A stretch of 32,000 bases of DNA from Ostreococcus tauri. Lineage: Eukaryota. This document shows, in pieces, positions 8,453-17,620 of this stretch (position 1 is its first letter; each line of letters starts with the position of its first letter). Where the stretch lies: assembly GCA_000214015.2 (NCBI GenBank), contig CAID01000011.2, forward strand, positions 253,719-285,718, given 5' to 3'. The notes under the pieces were generated by a model. The model saw only the letters and a program-made list of their open reading frames with translations, made no database searches and had not been told where the DNA came from. A program made the position numbers and the translations under genes.

Positions 8453-11062
8453 TCATTTTTTCGTGCGGTTGGCGTCGCGCGCGCTCGAGTCCCACGGCTC
8501 GGGTTCCCAAGAGTGATCGAGCTTCTCCGGAGCCTTGAGCGTATTCGCACCCGCGCCCGTGGCTCGACGGATCGGCTCAACGCTCGTTAGTGTGGTATGC
8601 ATCGCGTGCGCAAACTTTTCTTTCGCCTTGTCGCCGAGCGTCGGATTGATTTCCCGTGGCGACAGTTCGGCGGCGTCCAAGAAGCGATCCGTCGCGGCTT
8701 CCCATGAAAGCCTGTACGAATCCTGTGCGCTCAGCGGCGTCGGTTCAGAGGTCAGCGCTTTCTTCACGCACTTGCTGAACTCATCGGGGTTATCGTACAC
8801 GAGACAATTCGGGAAGGTGGAGAAGAACTCGTTACTCGGGTGCTTGGCGCACACGACGAATTTTCCCATTGCTAGAGCCTCAGCCGTGGTCGTCGCGACG
8901 ACGTCCGAGAGCGAGGGATTCACGAAAACTTTGTAATCATGAATATCTTTCTCGGCGTGATCTTTGCGTCCGTGGAAACGGAGCGGAATATGTCTCTCCT
9001 CCGCCGTCGACTTCACCTCGGTGAAATCGTCGCCGTTGCCGAAGACGTCGAGCTCCAGAGGACAATCTCGTCCGTTCTCACTCCCATTGTGCTCCGACAC
9101 TCGATCGAGAAGCTCTTTGTAACCCTTACCCCAAACTACTTTGCCGAGAAAGTACGCTCCCTTAGTGAAGACGGGCTTGTTCGACTTACCGAGCTTCTTC
9201 GTAGCCGAGCGTCCAACGGAGGCGAGCGGACCTTTCACCACGTCGACATTCGCATGCGTCGCCTCGAGCGCCTTCTGAGCGCCCACGTCCAAGAATATCG
9301 GAGAGACGCCGTGAACATTCATCGTCGTGCTCTTGGGAAATTCTTGCACCGCGTCCGAGAGCTTGATGACCTTGTGACAGTGCACGGCCGACACGACGTT
9401 GTTCACAAACTTCAGCGCCTTTTCCTTGATCGGTCCGTTTTCCTCCAAGCGCACGTAATCGAGATAGTTGGTGTGCACGATTCCGACGACGTGTTTGAAC
9501 TTGTCGGTCCATCGCTGACCGGCGTGGTACCAGTTGAGATGCTCGGGCTCCTCCAGAACGGCGACATCTGAATCGCGATCACTCGGGATGTACGACGTCA
9601 AATCACCGACCGGAATGATGCTGTACTTGTCCGTGGCGTATCGTCCTGGGTAGAACGACAGCTTCATCTGCGGTTTGAATCCACAACGCTCCTCGACCCA
9701 CTTGTTGACGTAAGCTCCTTGCTCCTCAGGGGTGTTGAAAATCATGTTGGGATGCACGAGCTTTTGCTCGTTTGGCGCCAGGAAGGGAATCACGAGCGTC
9801 ACATCGTGCGTTCCTCGCCTCGCCAAGTACGCAGCGCGCAAGAGTGGATTCACAGCCGTACCCGTCATCCACGGTAACGAAGCCGTGGTGACGATGGCGA
9901 CCGAGCGTCCGTGTTCCTTGATGGATCTCGGCGCGTCCTTTCCTCGCTGTCTCGCGGCGTCCGCCTCGCGTTCGCGCATCTCCGCCGCCGTCGCCGACGT
10001 CGACGTCGGGCTCTTGAGAACCACTCCCGGACTACTCAGACTCGCGTCGTACGGCGATGAAACCATGATTTCCTCGGGCTTACCAGCCAGTCGTCGTACG
10101 GCGTTTTGCAAATCGTTCATCTTTGGAAGACTCGGCGGGCGCGGGAGTCTACTCGTGATCTCTCGCTTGATGTTTTCAAACACTTTCGCGGGATTGGTGT
10201 CATCCTCGTCTACCGCGCCGGCGAGTGATTTCCCTTCGCCGGCGGCGAGAAGATTATCCGTGGACGTCGGTCGCGAAAGGGAACGAGACGGCGGCGGCGA
10301 CAGATCCGCAGACGATTTGGGGGACGCCTTCGGCGCGCCAACGAGCGTCTCCGACTGCGCCCGCCTTCGATTCATCCCACCCGGTGACGAACGACCGCCG
10401 CGCTGTCTCTGATTTTCCTCCTCTCGCGGCTTGATCGCTTTGAACACGTCCCACTCCTCTCCCCACTTTGGCATGGACGGCGCCTTTGAGATGGATTTCG
10501 CTATAATCGCTTGAAGATCCTGCGCCGACCGCGCGCGAGCCTTTCCCCCCTCCCGAAGGTCATCGGTCCCCGACGCGCCCCGCCTCCCGCGATCTCTGCT
10601 CGTTCTGAGCTTTTCAAACCGCTCCATGAACCGAGCGTCGTCCAATTTCGCCAAGGAATCTTGACTCGCTCGTTTCGCCATCTCAGTAAATTTTTCCGTC
10701 ACCTCCGTGATGCTCAACCGCTTCTTCCGCCCCGCGCGTTGCGCCAAGGAGCCATCACCCTCGTCCCCGCTCTCGCGCTCGAGCATCGTCGTCCCTCTGA
10801 TCCCCGCGCGCGTCCCCGCGCCTCCGCCGCTCTCGCTCGAGCGTCCCGGCGCGCGTCCGAACGAGAAACTCCCAAGACTCGACTCGCGCCACGCCCGTTC
10901 GACCTCACTCGACACCTTCTTATGATGCCGATCCACCGCCGCTCGCAGTTGTTCCATGTTAAAAGGCGACGACCCATCGCTCGCGCTCGCGCTCGCGCGC
11001 GTCCCGCCGTCCCGCCGTCCCGCCCCGTCGTCCCCTCCACCCGTCGCCCCCGTCGCCACCAT
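8453..11062 (-). CDS. DGD1: Digalactosyldiacylglycerol synthase (DGD1-type GT4 glycosyltransferase with long N-terminal extension)
   Basis: VAIVTTASLPWMTGTAVNPLLRAAYLA, HVVGIVHTNYLDYV, KGAYFLGKVVWGKGYKELLD, LDVFGNGDD, YKVFVNPSLSDVVATTTAEALAMGKFVVCAKHPSNEFFSTFPNCLVY match plant DGD1/DGD2. The first ~390 aa are low-complexity. Confidence 0.9.
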   Translation of the reverse strand: MVATGATGGGDDGAGRRDGGTRASASASDGSSPFNMEQLRAAVDRHHKKVSSEVERAWRESSLGSFSFGRAPGRSSESGGGAGTRAGIRGTTMLERESGDEGDGSLAQRAGRKKRLSITEVTEKFTEMAKRASQDSLAKLDDARFMERFEKLRTSRDRGRRGASGTDDLREGGKARARSAQDLQAIIAKSISKAPSMPKWGEEWDVFKAIKPREEENQRQRGGRSSPGGMNRRRAQSETLVGAPKASPKSSADLSPPPSRSLSRPTSTDNLLAAGEGKSLAGAVDEDDTNPAKVFENIKREITSRLPRPPSLPKMNDLQNAVRRLAGKPEEIMVSSPYDASLSSPGVVLKSPTSTSATAAEMREREADAARQRGKDAPRSIKEHGRSVAIVTTASLPWMTGTAVNPLLRAAYLARRGTHDVTLVIPFLAPNEQKLVHPNMIFNTPEEQGAYVNKWVEERCGFKPQMKLSFYPGRYATDKYSIIPVGDLTSYIPSDRDSDVAVLEEPEHLNWYHAGQRWTDKFKHVVGIVHTNYLDYVRLEENGPIKEKALKFVNNVVSAVHCHKVIKLSDAVQEFPKSTTMNVHGVSPIFLDVGAQKALEATHANVDVVKGPLASVGRSATKKLGKSNKPVFTKGAYFLGKVVWGKGYKELLDRVSEHNGSENGRDCPLELDVFGNGDDFTEVKSTAEERHIPLRFHGRKDHAEKDIHDYKVFVNPSLSDVVATTTAEALAMGKFVVCAKHPSNEFFSTFPNCLVYDNPDEFSKCVKKALTSEPTPLSAQDSYRLSWEAATDRFLDAAELSPREINPTLGDKAKEKFAHAMHTTLTSVEPIRRATGAGANTLKAPEKLDHSWEPEPWDSSARDANRTKK

Positions 11063-11596
11063 CGCGCCGCGTCCCTCACCGACGACACGGGCGCGCCCGC
11101 GCGCCGCGCTCGCGTCCGCCGCCCGTCGCCGCCGTCGCCGTCGTCGTCGTCGTCGTCGTCGTCGTCCAACGATTCCTTCCTTCGCGGTGCCCGCGGTTTG
11201 TCCCGTCGCCGATCGTCCCCGCGCCCGTCGTCACCCGCGCCTCGCCCGCGCGTCGCCGCGCGTCGGTGCTCCCGCCGCGTCGCTCGCGCTCGAACGCCCG
11301 CGCGCGCGCGCGTCGTCGCGTCGCGTCGCGTCGCGCGCGTCGCGTCGCGCGCGCGGGTTCGACGAGCTAAACCCTCATGTGTCGTAGTGCACACATTCGT
11401 GTCCTATGTCCCACACGCGCGACCGCGTCGTCGCCCGTACGTGTGCGTCCACGACGGATTTCCTCGTATACAGTGTGGTTTTCACCTATGTGCGTCCACG
11501 AGGCGCGCCCCCGTGGGTCGCGCGCTTTGGCGATTTCAAAAAAATCATCCATCGCGCGTCGTCGCGACGCGACACCGCGTCGCGACGCCGCGCGCG
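11063..11596. promoter_or_regulatory. Divergent (head-to-head) intergenic region between the DGD1-like and WAPL-like genes
   Basis: Inferred from the two opposing start codons. Contains a (GTC)9 microsatellite and an A7 run (11540s). Confidence 0.5.
11140..11166. repeat. (GTC)9 trinucleotide microsatellite
   Basis: Read directly: gtcgtcgtcgtcgtcgtcgtcgtcgtc. Confidence 0.85.
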
Positions 11597-14317
11597 ATGC
11601 CCGAGCGCGCGTCGAGGCGCGCGCGGGTGACCGCGGACGATCCCTACGCCTTCGACGCGATCGCGCGGGCGAAGGCGTACTTTGACGACGTCGATGCGGC
11701 GGCGTTACCGAGCGAGAGCGACGACGACGACGACGACGACGGACGACGACGGACGACGACGACGACGACGACGCGCAGAGGGGTCGGTGTGAGCGTGTTC
11801 GCGCGGGGGGGGTCGGTGCGGGCGACGGCGCGAGCGATGGACGCGACGGGCGCGAGGACGACGGCGGCGGATGGGACGGCGGACGGCGGCGCGGCGCGGA
11901 CGCGAGACGACGACGTCGTCGTCGTGGACGACGCCGTGGACGCGGTGCGACCGGCGGAGGATTTGTTCGATGAAGTGGCGGTGGCGTCGCCGCGTGGGAA
12001 GCGAGGGACGCGGGAACTGACGACGCTCGCGCGTTCGGGGGCGAAGAAGCGGAGAGAGGCGGAGACGGCGCGCGCGGAGGCGGAGACGGCGACGACGACG
12101 ACGACGGATGCGCGCGAGAGTGACGCGATGACGATTCGACGAGAGACGTCGACGTCTACCGCGGTGGTGTCGGGCGCGGTTCCGACGGTGAAGAAGAGAG
12201 TTACCCTCGGCGAATTCGTGGGCGAGGAGGAGAAGAAGGATCTGGAGTACGACGACGACGACGCTGACCGTCTCATGCCGCAATCGGGCGCGCAGTTGGC
12301 CGACATAGATGAAGCGAACTATGCGATTTCTGGTTTGTCCTCGGCTCGGGACTTCAAGGAAAAGATTCGAAGCGTCGGCGTCTTGGTCGATCTTTTGAGC
12401 AATCAGCGGACGCGTCGACTCATGGCGTCGTACGGTTTACCGTCGAAAATCATCCAAGCGACTCAAGAGGTCGCCGTACTACCGAACGCGCCGAAGACGC
12501 TACTCTTTGGGTGCGCGGCGATTTTTTACCTATGCGGTGACTCGGAGCTTCGAAAGCCCGCGAGCGGATCGATGCTCAACGTAAAGTTGGCGAAGGCGAT
12601 TCGAGCGCTCCTTCGCGCATCCAACGCGAGCGGTGAGGCGATACACGTCAAGACGAATAGTGCGATTCGGGCGTGCTTGAAAACGCTCAAGTTTTTACCT
12701 CATGAAGCGAAGGATGAGAAGACGCTCGCTTTGCTCATAGCGCACCAGGCGCTCAGGGCTGAACAGGACGCGTTGCTCGCCTCGGGGTCGGGGCCGGGAT
12801 CGGCTACTGATGACAATTCGTTCAGAGAGATCATGGCCAGGCAAGGAGCGGTGTTGGCGACGTGCGAACTCGTCGCTCAGGCAACGAAGACACTGCAACG
12901 ATTCGGTGATGCGTATTTCGCCTCGACTGCCCCGCGCGTGTATGATGATGAAGACGAGGACAACAACGACGTCACGGACGACGCGGCGGAGCAAGACGCC
13001 GCTCGCGCCATCGCGCGATTATTCAGATGCTCGCGCGTCCTCGAGTGTGCAAGCTTTGAGTCGCGCGAGTCGTGCGATATCATTTCGGTGGCGACACTCG
13101 TGGGAACGTCGAAGAGTGCTGAGGCACCGAGCCTACAGCTCATCCCCCTTTCGAGCGCTCGAGTCACGGCGAACACGTCGGCTCCGAGCGCGGCGCCGAT
13201 CGACATTCCGATGTCACCATCTCCCGTCAAATCGCGCGTTCCGGGTGGAATAACGATGACACCGCCAAGTTCGGTGCGACGTGGCGGTTTCGCAAAAAGT
13301 ATCACCGTGGATGGCGGCGGCGATGACGACGACGATGACGACGCGATGATCATCCCCTCTTCGCCGCTTTCGCCGCCGATAGTCGGTAACGTCGGAAGAG
13401 GTGCGGCGATTCAGTGGCTCGCCGATAACGTGCAGACGCCCGTTAAGGGGAGCTCGCCAAGAGCCAGAACCGCGGTTCGAGCGCTCGTGGACGTGATCCC
13501 GACGCTCGCGGCGATGACCACGGCGAGCGTCATCGGGAGTAAAAGAGGCGATACGATTGCGAACACGCTTCGCGTTCGTTACAACGGCGCGATCGCGATC
13601 GACCATCGAGTCGCCGTGGGCGCGTTGAAAGCGGTTCTTTCTACGCTCACAAACGTGACGAATGAAAACGAGGAGGGTGCCGGCGCGGTGGTCGGTGACG
13701 ACCATCAAGGGCTCCTTCAAATCGCAAGTCTCGTGCCTTGGCTCGCGCTCACGATTGAGGGGTTCACCCTGCGCGACGGCCGCGATCGTAAGAGAACGCG
13801 CGTGCCCGCAGACGATTCGGGCTCGTCCCTCTTGAACGCGACGCTCGTACTCCTGGTCAACATCGTCGAGGCCGACGCCGAGTCAGCGACGACGCTTCAA
13901 AACTGTTCGGTGAAGCTTCCCGGGTCGTCGGAGACTTTGATTTCCTTCGTCGACGCGCTCGCGGTGCTGTACCTGCAAGCGGTCAACGCCGAGGAAGCGA
14001 ACGATGAGGCCGAGGCCGAGGCCACGCACGTCACCGCGGAGATGATCAAATCCATGTCGTCCAAGAATACGGGCGAGGACCTGATTCTCCAGGCCTACAG
14101 TGGTTTGCTCCTCGCGTTTCTGATCGAGGGTCAGCCCGCGCTTCGCGCCGACGTCGTCTCGAGGTTCGCTTCGACTTTACACCAGGGCAATGGCGAACCG
14201 AGACTCAAACCCCTCGCCGACACCCTCGAGCGATTCCACGCCTTTCACGAGAGCGTGAACACGCTCTCGGCGAAATCTAGCGAGCGCCTCGAACGCGTGG
14301 TCAAGTGGTTGCGATGA
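11597..14317 (+). CDS. WAPL: WAPL (wings apart-like) cohesin-release factor homolog
   Basis: ADIDEANYAISGLSSARDFKEKIRSVGVLVDLLSNQRTRRLMASYGLPSKIIQA resembles the start of the WAPL domain. The C-terminal EDLILQAYSGLLLAFLIEG also fits. The start is set to the first ATG past the opposite-strand DGD1 gene. Long disordered acidic/T-rich N-terminus. Confidence 0.65.
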   Translation: MPERASRRARVTADDPYAFDAIARAKAYFDDVDAAALPSESDDDDDDDGRRRTTTTTTTRRGVGVSVFARGGSVRATARAMDATGARTTAADGTADGGAARTRDDDVVVVDDAVDAVRPAEDLFDEVAVASPRGKRGTRELTTLARSGAKKRREAETARAEAETATTTTTDARESDAMTIRRETSTSTAVVSGAVPTVKKRVTLGEFVGEEEKKDLEYDDDDADRLMPQSGAQLADIDEANYAISGLSSARDFKEKIRSVGVLVDLLSNQRTRRLMASYGLPSKIIQATQEVAVLPNAPKTLLFGCAAIFYLCGDSELRKPASGSMLNVKLAKAIRALLRASNASGEAIHVKTNSAIRACLKTLKFLPHEAKDEKTLALLIAHQALRAEQDALLASGSGPGSATDDNSFREIMARQGAVLATCELVAQATKTLQRFGDAYFASTAPRVYDDEDEDNNDVTDDAAEQDAARAIARLFRCSRVLECASFESRESCDIISVATLVGTSKSAEAPSLQLIPLSSARVTANTSAPSAAPIDIPMSPSPVKSRVPGGITMTPPSSVRRGGFAKSITVDGGGDDDDDDDAMIIPSSPLSPPIVGNVGRGAAIQWLADNVQTPVKGSSPRARTAVRALVDVIPTLAAMTTASVIGSKRGDTIANTLRVRYNGAIAIDHRVAVGALKAVLSTLTNVTNENEEGAGAVVGDDHQGLLQIASLVPWLALTIEGFTLRDGRDRKRTRVPADDSGSSLLNATLVLLVNIVEADAESATTLQNCSVKLPGSSETLISFVDALAVLYLQAVNAEEANDEAEAEATHVTAEMIKSMSSKNTGEDLILQAYSGLLLAFLIEGQPALRADVVSRFASTLHQGNGEPRLKPLADTLERFHAFHESVNTLSAKSSERLERVVKWLR

Positions 14318-14569
14318 CTGCGACGCACAGGAACGGGCGCCAGAAATGTAAATCATTCGGACACACCGCATTTCATCACCATTGCCCGTGGCGTCGCGTA
14401 AACCTTACGAAGCAGACATGCACGAGTCGCGACCCCGTATCACGAGCATACATAATAGTGACGCACCCGTAACTGTTTTGTACTAATAAACAATCTTGCG
14501 TCGGAATAACCAGGTTCGCCTCCAAGTCCCATAGTGTATGTCGCTCAACGCGATGTACGCACGTCACAT

Positions 14570-14641
14570 GGCTCCATAGCATAGTGGTATTGCGTGAGAC
14601 TCCAGATCTCAAGGTCCAAGGTTCGAATCCTTGTGGGGTCA
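14570..14641 (+). tRNA. tRNA-Trp (anticodon CCA)
   Basis: Hand-folded cloverleaf: acceptor GGCTCCA/TGGGGTC, anticodon arm TGAGA-CTCCAGA-TCTCA, T arm CAAGG-TTCGAAT-CCTTG, discriminator A. No encoded CCA. The loop CTCCAGA is the same as in animal nuclear tRNA-Trp. Confidence 0.9.
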
Positions 14642-14645
14642 TTCC

Positions 14646-14652
14646 TTTTTTT
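14646..14652 (+). terminator. Pol III T-run terminator (T7) after tRNA-Trp
   Basis: ttttttt begins 5 nt after the tRNA 3' end. Confidence 0.75.
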
Positions 14653-15027
14653 CTTGGTACTTCTTATTACTTAAATACGCATCAAATATCCGAGTTTCTA
14701 TAAAAATGTCCATCCCAGGCCGCTCCACGAACCACACGGCACCGGGCGCGGCGCTGGGCCCGACCGCACATTCCCGCACGGATCACACACCCTTCGTCGA
14801 CGCTCACGTCGCGCGATCCATCTCGTTCTCTCTCGGAACGATATCCACCGTTTTTACATCGTCACGCGTACGTATCGGTGGACCCACGCGCGCGTCGCGA
14901 TCGAAAGGAGACGCGCGCGAGGGCGCGGGAACGATCTTATTTGGGGTCTCGCGCGCGGTGCGCCGCGGTGAACGAACGACTGACGACGCGTCCTCGTGCG
15001 CGTGACGACGACGACAGAAATCTTAAA

Positions 15028-15237
15028 ATGCCGAGCACGCAATCCGTGTACGTTTCCATGTCCATCCTCGCCCTGACGGGTCTCGTCGGCACCGGTGTCG
15101 CCATCGGTAGCGGCGTCTCCATGATGACGATGAGCATGGCCCAGGAGGAACAGAAGCAACTCGCCGTGGCGTCCGTGAAGGAGGCCAAGGTGAAGGTCCC
15201 GAGCCGTGGATTCGCCGCGAGCTCGAGCTCAAACTAA
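15028..15237 (+). CDS. Hypothetical 69-aa single-pass membrane protein
   Basis: Internal ATG of ORF 14878..15237. It has one hydrophobic helix, VYVSMSILALTGLVGTGVAIGSGV. It is the only plausible ORF in an ~830-bp gap. No family recognised. Confidence 0.3.
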   Translation: MPSTQSVYVSMSILALTGLVGTGVAIGSGVSMMTMSMAQEEQKQLAVASVKEAKVKVPSRGFAASSSSN

Positions 15238-15478
15238 ACGAAAGGAACACTTCCGTTCGTTTCGTTTCACTTCTGTTGTGGATTACGACTTTCGGCTGGT
15301 TTCGAAACGCCGAACGCCCGTCCCTCTTCACGAGCGCCACTCTTTCCTCTTGTACCGCACCCCATTTCATGATTTCCTCGCCTGACGTGTAATAAAAAAA
15401 AACGAGTGGATGGACGATTATGAATGTTTCAACGTTCCTGTGATTTTGCGCGAACTGTCGATGATGATGACAAAGAAA

Positions 15479-17431
15479 CTACTTGATTTTTATGACGTCG
15501 ACGCGGCAACGCTTTTGAACTTCGTGCGGACGCGTCGCGTCAGCATCGGCGTCGTCGCTCTCCATCGAATCAATTGGATGCACGACAATCTTCGCAAGAG
15601 TCCCCCCGACGTTACCGCGAGCCAATCTCCCTGGATTCACGCAGACGACGTCCTCGCACACCTCCGCGAAGGCTTTCAAATCGCTCGGCAAAATCAACAC
15701 ATCCGGCGCGCGTTCGAACGCCAACGCATCACCGTGACGCGCGTCCAGGCACGTCGAAACATCTGGCGGATACAACGGGTACGCGTGCGCTTGGCGAACG
15801 ACGTGTCCGGCGAGTCGACCGAGACGTTCCTTCGGTGCGTGCCCTTGAGAAATTTCCCTCGCACTCAGGTGTTTTAAAACGTCGACGCCGCACGCAGAGA
15901 AGACGACGCCGTTAATCTCAAAAGTCCCCGGATTGGACACGGATACCACTCGAGATCTATCGGTGACGAATTCATCCACGCTCGCCGCAGGTTGAGGGAA
16001 CACCGGATCGAGCGTCACGTCGCGTGCAGACGGGACAAAGATGACCTTGGTGCCCCGTTCGCGCAGTTCGTCCTCGAGCTTGGCCACGACCTTCGCCGCC
16101 ACGTCATAGTACGTGAACTTTTCACCGAGATCTCCAGACTTGACCAACGCGTTTTCGGCGTCGAGCAGCGGCCCACACAGCACCAAGGCGTCGGGTTTCT
16201 CCTCTCGTACGTACTCGAGCAAGTCGTGAAGGGGCTCGTATCGCAAATTGCTGGAGCACGAAAACGGGCCAGAAGCGACAATCACCTCGGCGCCTCTCTT
16301 GAACACGGGCGAGTCCGTCTTCGATCGAGCGAATGGCTTGACCGAGACGTCGGTGTCGATGTATTTAGCGACGATGCAGTGGCCTGCGGGATTACGGCCG
16401 CGGACCTTGACGACTTGACCCGGGAACAAGCTGTACGACTCGAGGTCTCGAAGCTCCAAGCGCACGCGCGCTCCCGAGCTCCCGTCGATCGAACCCTCAA
16501 GAGCGACCGTCTTATCGGTGAGCTTTCCGTCTGAACCGACGTGTGCGCTGACAATGCGTCCAACGAAATGCCCGTCCTCGTCGCCCGTCTTGGATCCGAC
16601 CGGGGAGACAAAGGCGGACGAAGACGCAACCGCCGCGTCGTCTTGCGTCGCAACCGCCGCGTCGTCGTCGGCTTCCACGGCGACCGCGAATCTGGTCTCG
16701 ACTTCTCGCACGCGCGCATCGATCATGCGAACGCGATCGGAAATCCTATCGCGCATGTATCGAAACTTTTCCGTACCCAAGTGCTCGACGGCGACGACGT
16801 CAGCGACGTCTGAATCCGTCTTCAACGCAATCTTCTCCGCGAGGTGTTCGTTCAAGATCGCCCCCACACCGCCCGGTTGCGACGCTAGGCTCGCATCCGA
16901 TCGCGCGCTCCCGGGTGTCACCGCGCGTCTCTTATACTCGCTCTCGCCGCTCTCGCCGAGCGCGTCCAACTCGGCGCTCCACTCCCGCGCGTGCTTCATC
17001 GGCGTCTTCGTCGCGCTCGAGAACGAAAACCTTCTCTGCGTCCCCGGCGTTCCCGGTGACGTCGTCACATAGTTTCCAGGCGTTCCACTCGTCGATCCAG
17101 GCGTCGAGCCTCCGCTCTTCGCCCGTCTCCGCTTGCGTCCGAATCCGCTCCCGCCGGCGTCCTCCTTGGACTCCAACGATCGTCCCCGTTCTCGCTCCGC
17201 GAACGCCTCGAACGCCTCCAGGCGCTCGATCGATACCTTCCCTCGGTCCACGACGTCTGCGCTCGATTTCGAGACGATGTTCAGGTCGAACATCTGATAG
17301 ACATTCGCGACTTCCGTCGGGGACATTCGCAGCCGAGTTCGCATGTGCGCGAGCTCGGGCAGGGCGACGTCGACGTCGAACCCGACGTCCTCGAAAGCGC
17401 GCTTCATGGACTCCGCGTCCGTGGTCGCCAT
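15479..17431 (-). CDS. POLA2: DNA polymerase alpha subunit B (p70, POLA2)
   Basis: The N-terminal MKRAFEDVGFDVD..MSPTEVANVYQMFDLN resembles the Pol-alpha-B N-domain. The C-terminal phosphoesterase-like region (VIVASGPF, PDALVLCGPLLD, VIFVPSARD, NPGTFEINGVVF) is typical of the Pol alpha/epsilon subunit B family. Confidence 0.85.
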   Translation of the reverse strand: MATTDAESMKRAFEDVGFDVDVALPELAHMRTRLRMSPTEVANVYQMFDLNIVSKSSADVVDRGKVSIERLEAFEAFAERERGRSLESKEDAGGSGFGRKRRRAKSGGSTPGSTSGTPGNYVTTSPGTPGTQRRFSFSSATKTPMKHAREWSAELDALGESGESEYKRRAVTPGSARSDASLASQPGGVGAILNEHLAEKIALKTDSDVADVVAVEHLGTEKFRYMRDRISDRVRMIDARVREVETRFAVAVEADDDAAVATQDDAAVASSSAFVSPVGSKTGDEDGHFVGRIVSAHVGSDGKLTDKTVALEGSIDGSSGARVRLELRDLESYSLFPGQVVKVRGRNPAGHCIVAKYIDTDVSVKPFARSKTDSPVFKRGAEVIVASGPFSCSSNLRYEPLHDLLEYVREEKPDALVLCGPLLDAENALVKSGDLGEKFTYYDVAAKVVAKLEDELRERGTKVIFVPSARDVTLDPVFPQPAASVDEFVTDRSRVVSVSNPGTFEINGVVFSACGVDVLKHLSAREISQGHAPKERLGRLAGHVVRQAHAYPLYPPDVSTCLDARHGDALAFERAPDVLILPSDLKAFAEVCEDVVCVNPGRLARGNVGGTLAKIVVHPIDSMESDDADADATRPHEVQKRCRVDVIKIK

Positions 17432-17620
17432 CGTTCGCGCGCGGTGCGAGCGGTCACGCGGTGTGGGGGGCGGTGGAGTGTGGGCGATCGTGGGCGTCGA
17501 CAGGTGCGCGTTTGAAAAAATTTGAAATTATCTGCGCGAACGTCTAGAGACCCCGGGTGGGGGAGAGATTGAGAGACGGCTCGATGCTCGGTCGATCGTG
17601 CGTGATGCGAACGCGCGCGA

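Noticed and set aside
10511-11596. The 1268-aa ORF extends the WAPL-like gene 1.1 kb further upstream.
   Set aside because: The extension overlaps the well-supported DGD1-like gene on the opposite strand and is pure R/P/S/A low complexity. High GC suppresses stop codons, so the first ATG past the DGD1 start (11597) was used.
14376-14642. 88-aa minus-strand ORF.
   Set aside because: It runs antisense across tRNA-Trp and has no motif support.
17534-17541. E2F-like site (minus-strand GTTCGCGC) upstream of POLA2.
   Set aside because: It matches only 7 of 8 positions of TTTSGCGC, and CG-rich background makes such near-matches common.
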